Shown piece after piece: positions 58,520 through 64,000 of a stretch of DNA of 64,000 bases (positions within the stretch are counted from its first letter, which is position 1; every line of letters starts with the position of its first letter). The translations under genes were made by a program, and so were the position numbers. The stretch covers positions 60,264,001-60,328,000 of the forward strand of contig OZ024748.1 in NCBI GenBank assembly GCA_964016885.1, written 5' to 3'. Below the pieces are notes generated by a model that did no database searches, had not been told where the DNA came from, and saw only the letters and a list, made by a program, of their open reading frames with translations. Source of the DNA: Eledone cirrhosa (lineage: Eukaryota).

Positions 58520-59193
58520 ATGTATTATTATATATAGTTCAATGAGACAACAAACAGAGGTAATAAAGTCTTATTAGTTTCACGCTTTATAATGGAATGG
58601 AGAAAGAAAGTTTGACAAATATCAATAAGTGTGTGTGTGTGTGTGTGTGTGTGTGTACATGTTTGTTTATGTATTATTATCAACGGAACTTCTTTACAAA
58701 CATATATCGATTTTATATCATAATAACGTAAAATTGTTTACGACGCAAATGATTTACTTGTGATCAGGGAAATAAGGTCGCAACAAACACCTCTTCTCGT
58801 CTCCATCTTTTAATGAAAATTGAAGATGTCGTTGACTTGTTATTTACACGTAATTTACCGATTTCCATATGAGGTGTTACTGACCTATTTGAACTTACGT
58901 CTGTGTTGCTAACACCTCTATTATTTAGGGATCATGGTCACCGGTTGTCTAGAACTCACAAGAGGAAATTATTGAAACACTCGTCAATTTCATTGTACTG
59001 CTATTGTCTACAACGTGAACACATTACTCTCAGCTAGTTGGGACAGGAGAGTTTGTATATACATATATACTGGATATGATTCCAGTTTCTCTGAGGAGTA
59101 ACAACACACACAGGATCTGGACATATCGATGAATCAACAGAGTGGAACACGTTACAACACCATGTTTTACCTGGTTTTCTAGATTAATTCTTA

Positions 59194-59246
59194 CTTCCTG
59201 ATGAGGTCACAGCCAATAATGGCTGTCACTGAAATATATATTGCAG
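59194..59246 (+). ncRNA. Minimal hammerhead ribozyme (family I)
   Basis: CTTC-CTGATGA-GGTCACAGCCAATAATGGCTGTCACT-GAAAT-ATAT-ATT/GCAG, about 50 bp before a (TA)n tract. Confidence 0.72.
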
Positions 59247-59335
59247 AGAATAAGAATAAACGAAGCCAACTTTAACATGTTTGACTTACACATTTATTTA
59301 TATATATATATATATATAAATATATATATATATAA

Positions 59336-59448
<113 letters not shown>

Positions 59449-59449
59449 C

Positions 59450-59520
<71 letters not shown>

Positions 59521-59667
59521 CCAGTCGAGCACCCGATTAGAATGACGCGTTTTTTTTCTGCCTGTGGCATATCAAAAAATTACATCATGGACTGCATAAG
59601 AGAACCGTTGAAATAATTATTATGAATAAACGATTTATGTAACATCAGCATCTTTCTTAATGTTATT

Positions 59668-59827
<160 letters not shown>

Positions 59828-60295
59828 TAGCGAAAATAATGTCAGCAATGACGTGATCATCAGAATGTCGTAATGCAGACAGTCAGGCATACAGACAGAT
59901 ATTATAAGGGTTCGACGGAGATCGATAACCGGCGCCTAACACCCCTTTGACAACCGAAAATTGAACAATAAAAGCTGCAATTAATATTTTTAGACCGCAA
60001 GGAATATATAAATGCAAGTTTGAAGTCAATCGGAGTAGAAATATGGATTTGTATAGACTTTGCAAAAATGAGGACACACAGACAACTACAGTTTTATACA
60101 TATATATATATATGATGGCTGCCCCCTCATTATCGAGTATGGCTATTGCACGAGAAAAATAATTAACAAAAATAATAATAATAACAACAATAATAATAAT
60201 GACAACAACAACAATAATAATATACATATATATATACACACACACACGCACACACATAAACATATCTATACACACACACACACACACACACACAC

Positions 60296-61310
60296 GATAG
60301 CAACTAACAGCGCTGCGATCGAATGTGGATTTTTAGCCCAGCCAATGATCTAAAATGTCTTGCACAGAGTCGGCAACCAAAACATTCACTGGGAATAGTC
60401 GGCTGTGGTTGGAATTCGTGTACTTTTGCATGTCGCCTGAGCCCTCCTGCTGATTTACATTCTCCACCACATGTTTGGCAAGCATGACGAGTAGCATCTC
60501 CAACAGCAGCCTGGTAGTCAACCACTGGTCTTACTTTATGACTGCGAAGATGACTTTCGAGTCCAGCTTTGCTTAGGCAGAGTCTCGCACAGACGCTGCA
60601 TGTCAACACCATAGGAGGACCCTCGCCGTCAGGAAGTGCAACAGCAATGCCCTTCCTCACATCCCGCTTTACTTTCTCGTATGCGATTCGAGATGCCTCA
60701 AAGGCAACTATTCCCTCATATACAGTCTTTCTCCATGTATCAGCAAAGATGTTAGCGTCTTTCAAAGAGGCTTTCAAGGAATCCTTATACCTCTTTTTTG
60801 GTTTATGTGGCGGTCGTATTCCTTTAACTAACTCTCCATAAAAGAGTTGTTTTGGTATTCTATAATCCTTCATCCTGGAAAGGTGACCACTCCAACGGAG
60901 TCGTTGCTTAAGCACAAGAGCTTCTATACTGACACACATAGAGCTTTCCAAAATCTCGACATCACTGATATGGTCCCTCCAGTGAACGCCATGGATCCGT
61001 CTGAGACACATCTGATGGAAACGCTCCAATTGCTTAAGGTGGTGTCGATATGTGACCCAGGTCTCGCAGGCATAAAGAAGAGAAGAGAGCACACATGCTT
61101 TGTACACCTTTACTTTTGTCTTCTTGCATATGTCTCGCCGACACCAGAGTCGCCTTTCTAGCTTTCCGAAAGCATCACTTGCTTTCCTAATCCTAAGTGA
61201 GATTTCACTATCAAGGTTGTTGTATCGATTGACAGTGCTTCCCAGGTAGACAAACTGATCAACCACTCCAAGTTGTTTACCATACACATAGATATTTCGT
61301 TCACTGTACT
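60296..61310 (-). mobile_element. 5'-truncated RTE/BovB-type LINE with three C-terminal C2H2-like fingers
   Basis: VDQFVYLGS, LLYACETW, RLRWSGH..RIPKQLFYGEL, then three CxxC..GL..H units; open frame to the stop at 60304. Confidence 0.9.
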
Positions 61311-61510
61311 GCACATATATATATATATATACATGCGTACATACATACATACATATATATATACATACAATACAATACAATACGATGGCGACCGTTGTGG
61401 TCAGTCTCCGATAATCGGACGTGTGTAATTACGGCTTACATGAAGGCAACATACCATATACTGGAAAAAGTTGAGCTACATTACGCGGTAAGATTACATA
61501 CAATAATTCT

Positions 61511-61770
61511 ACATAAGTGTTTGAACTGTGTGTTGTAAAACACCTATTTATATGAACGATACATACACTTTAACATATAAATGCAACGTTGTTATATTAC
61601 ATTTGTAAAGAAATATGCAAGTAAAGTTTTCGATTCAGAAACAAGACATAAGTGTTTGAACTGTGAATATGTTGTAGAACACCTATTTATTTGAATGATA
61701 CATACACTTTAACATATAAATACCGCGTTGTTATATTATATTACATTCATAAAGAAATATACTAAGTAAC
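61511..61770. repeat. Two ~135-bp tandem repeats
   Basis: ACATAAGTGTTTGAACTGTG at 61511 and 61646. Confidence 0.85.
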
Positions 61771-61948
61771 GGTTTTTTTTTGTTCTCGATTCAAACGATT
61801 CAAGAACAACGTTTAAAACACAGTTGTACAATTAAAAACTAACCGAAAAGAAATATTACCCAAGCTGTGAATAACTTTAAATTTGATTCTGACAGAACTT
61901 TGTCGAAACTTTTAAAGAAGATCATCGACTAATAAATACAAAATATTA

Positions 61949-63975
61949 GTGAATAGACGAACTCATCATGGCAAAACGTACAAGTCTCCTTCGACCAAAT
62001 CGCAACTACAACCGTTGTATACAGTGGAGCTTAACAAAGAATTATATGAAGTATACAAACAATCTGAACCCCAAAAGTTCGGTTTTATGCAAAGGCTAAA
62101 AACTTTATGGAACTCCAAACACCAGAATTAGACTTTTCTCCAAAGCATTTAAATGAACAGGCAAAACGTATCATTAGATGTAAATTGATACATCTAACGG
62201 AATTGAATGATACTACAAATACAGCCCTTGTAGACAACCACCCCACCTCCACTGACAGACAAAGAGAATGGCCAGCTAAATCTAACAGTGAACAGCTCAC
62301 CAACAATTTTGCTGAAATCCATCCCACTTCCACTGAAGAAGAGCGAGAAAGGTCAGCTAACTCGAGTAGTAATTGTCACCACATCAACAACGAGGCTGAA
62401 ATTCATGACTCTACTGTACAAACAGAACACCAAAAACTTGTGGACACCTTACAAGTGATATGGGACGATATGTTTCAAGAGATATACAGCCTTAATGTGA
62501 GTGACAGACCATACAACACCAGAATCAGTAAAGAACCCACTAAATTGGAATTGGAAGCGGTGAACGAAATAGCTGACAATTATCTGAAGGCTATACGATC
62601 TAAAGGTGTAGAAACGATATTTGAAACGCTTAACATTTTGTCATATGTTTCAGCTGTCACATTGCTATCATATAACAAACATCTAAAACCCCGCAATCAA
62701 GATACAAACAAAAAGCCTGAACCAGCGTGGATGCGAAATTTAAAAAGCAAAATTTTGTCCCTGAGACGAAGTATCTCACACATCGCAGTCGTTATGAAAT
62801 GCAACATAGAGAGCAACTTCACACGACACCAGGAATACCTAAATAAAAAGTTAGAGAGACGATTTGGAGATACAAAATTTAAACCTTTAAACTCCAAATT
62901 ACATCAGTTGAAACAATAACTCACAGCTACAACAGAAAGACTAAAATATAAGTCAACAGCACATAAACGACAAGTGCTAAATAGATTGTTTGCCAGAGAT
63001 CCTAAATCAGTTTATCGCAGCTTCGGTGGCAAAAGCCCAATCTCTGTAAATGACACCCCTTCAAAAGAGCAGGTTAAGAGCTACTGGAGATCTGTATGGG
63101 AAACGGATGACGGATTCAACAGACAAACTAATTGGCTAAAAGAACTGGAACAGGACTACTACCAACATGTCCAGACAAAACAATATGACATAGATGGGTC
63201 AATACTGGAAACAGCTCTACAGAAAATGTCGAATAGGAAATCACCAGGCCCAGACCTCATTACAGGATACCGGTTGAAGAATTTCACTTTCTATCGACAA
63301 GATCTCATACGGCTGTCTACAGAAACCATTAAAAGCACACATACCTGCCCAGATGGTTATCAACTGCCACTACTCTCCTCATTCCCCAAAATAGCCAAAC
63401 CACGCTTGCTAAAAATTACCACCCAATAGCCTGCCAAAACATAATGTATAAATTATATACTGGGTGCCTTAACCTGTTCTTACAGGATCACTGTGCTACC
63501 AACAACATCATAACACCTGAGCAAGCTGGTGGAAAGAGGGAGGTGTGGAGTTGCATAGATCCCCTACTAACTAATAAAATGATTCAAGAAAAAACAACAA
63601 AAAATCGCAGAAACATGACTGTGGTGTGGCTGGACTATCAAAAAGCATTTGATATTGTACCTCATGGGTGGATTGTTAAGGCTTTACAGTTAGACAAAGT
63701 CCCACAACCACTGGTAGCTGTTGTTGAACGTCTGACCAAGAACTGGTACACCAATTTGATCCTTAGAGTTGAGAAGGAACAAGTTAAGACTGATAAGATA
63801 CATTACCAGAAGGGCATCTTTCAGGGTGATAGCTTGTCAGTGCTACTCTTCGTTCTCTCACTCAATCCACTAAATCCAAATATCAATGACATCAAGAAAC
63901 AATTGGACCTCATTACACAATTTTCAACAGACATCAAAATGAAATTTGGTGAGTCCAAGTGTCCATATTTGGCAG
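61949..63975 (+). pseudogene. Degenerate R4/Dong-like LINE ORF (N-terminus + RT)
   Basis: GFMQRLKTLW, EPAWMRNL, KSPGPDLI, WLDYQKAFD, GIFQGDSLS, with stops and frameshifts. Confidence 0.87.
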
Positions 63976-64000
63976 TATACTTTCGAGTACGGCCACTACT

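Overview
Repeat-saturated, AT-rich animal DNA with no host gene I can support; almost all ORFs in the track are translations of microsatellites. The SINE families and extreme (TA)n content suggest a mollusc, probably an octopus (inference). The only intact long CDS is a full-length R4/Dong-type RT + restriction-like-endonuclease LINE (26854-30246, minus strand) inserted in a (TAA)n tract. The window also holds fragments of a Penelope-like element (RT + GIY-YIG), RTE, Tx1/L1, R4-like, Tc1/mariner and Helitron elements, plus many tRNA-derived SINEs. The ORF track misses a non-coding layer: many short islands between (TA)n tracts carry type I hammerhead ribozyme (HHR) cores (CUGANGA...GAAA...UH), about 15 intact or degenerate motifs in roughly ten sequence families. 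These islands occur as tandem, circularly permuted or fold-back copies. They include a 425-bp retrozyme-like monomer, a 507/641-bp permuted family with no canonical hammerhead, palindromes that pivot on hammerhead stem II, and a (TTAGGG)n patch at a Penelope inversion junction. All folds and alignments were read by eye and need computational confirmation.
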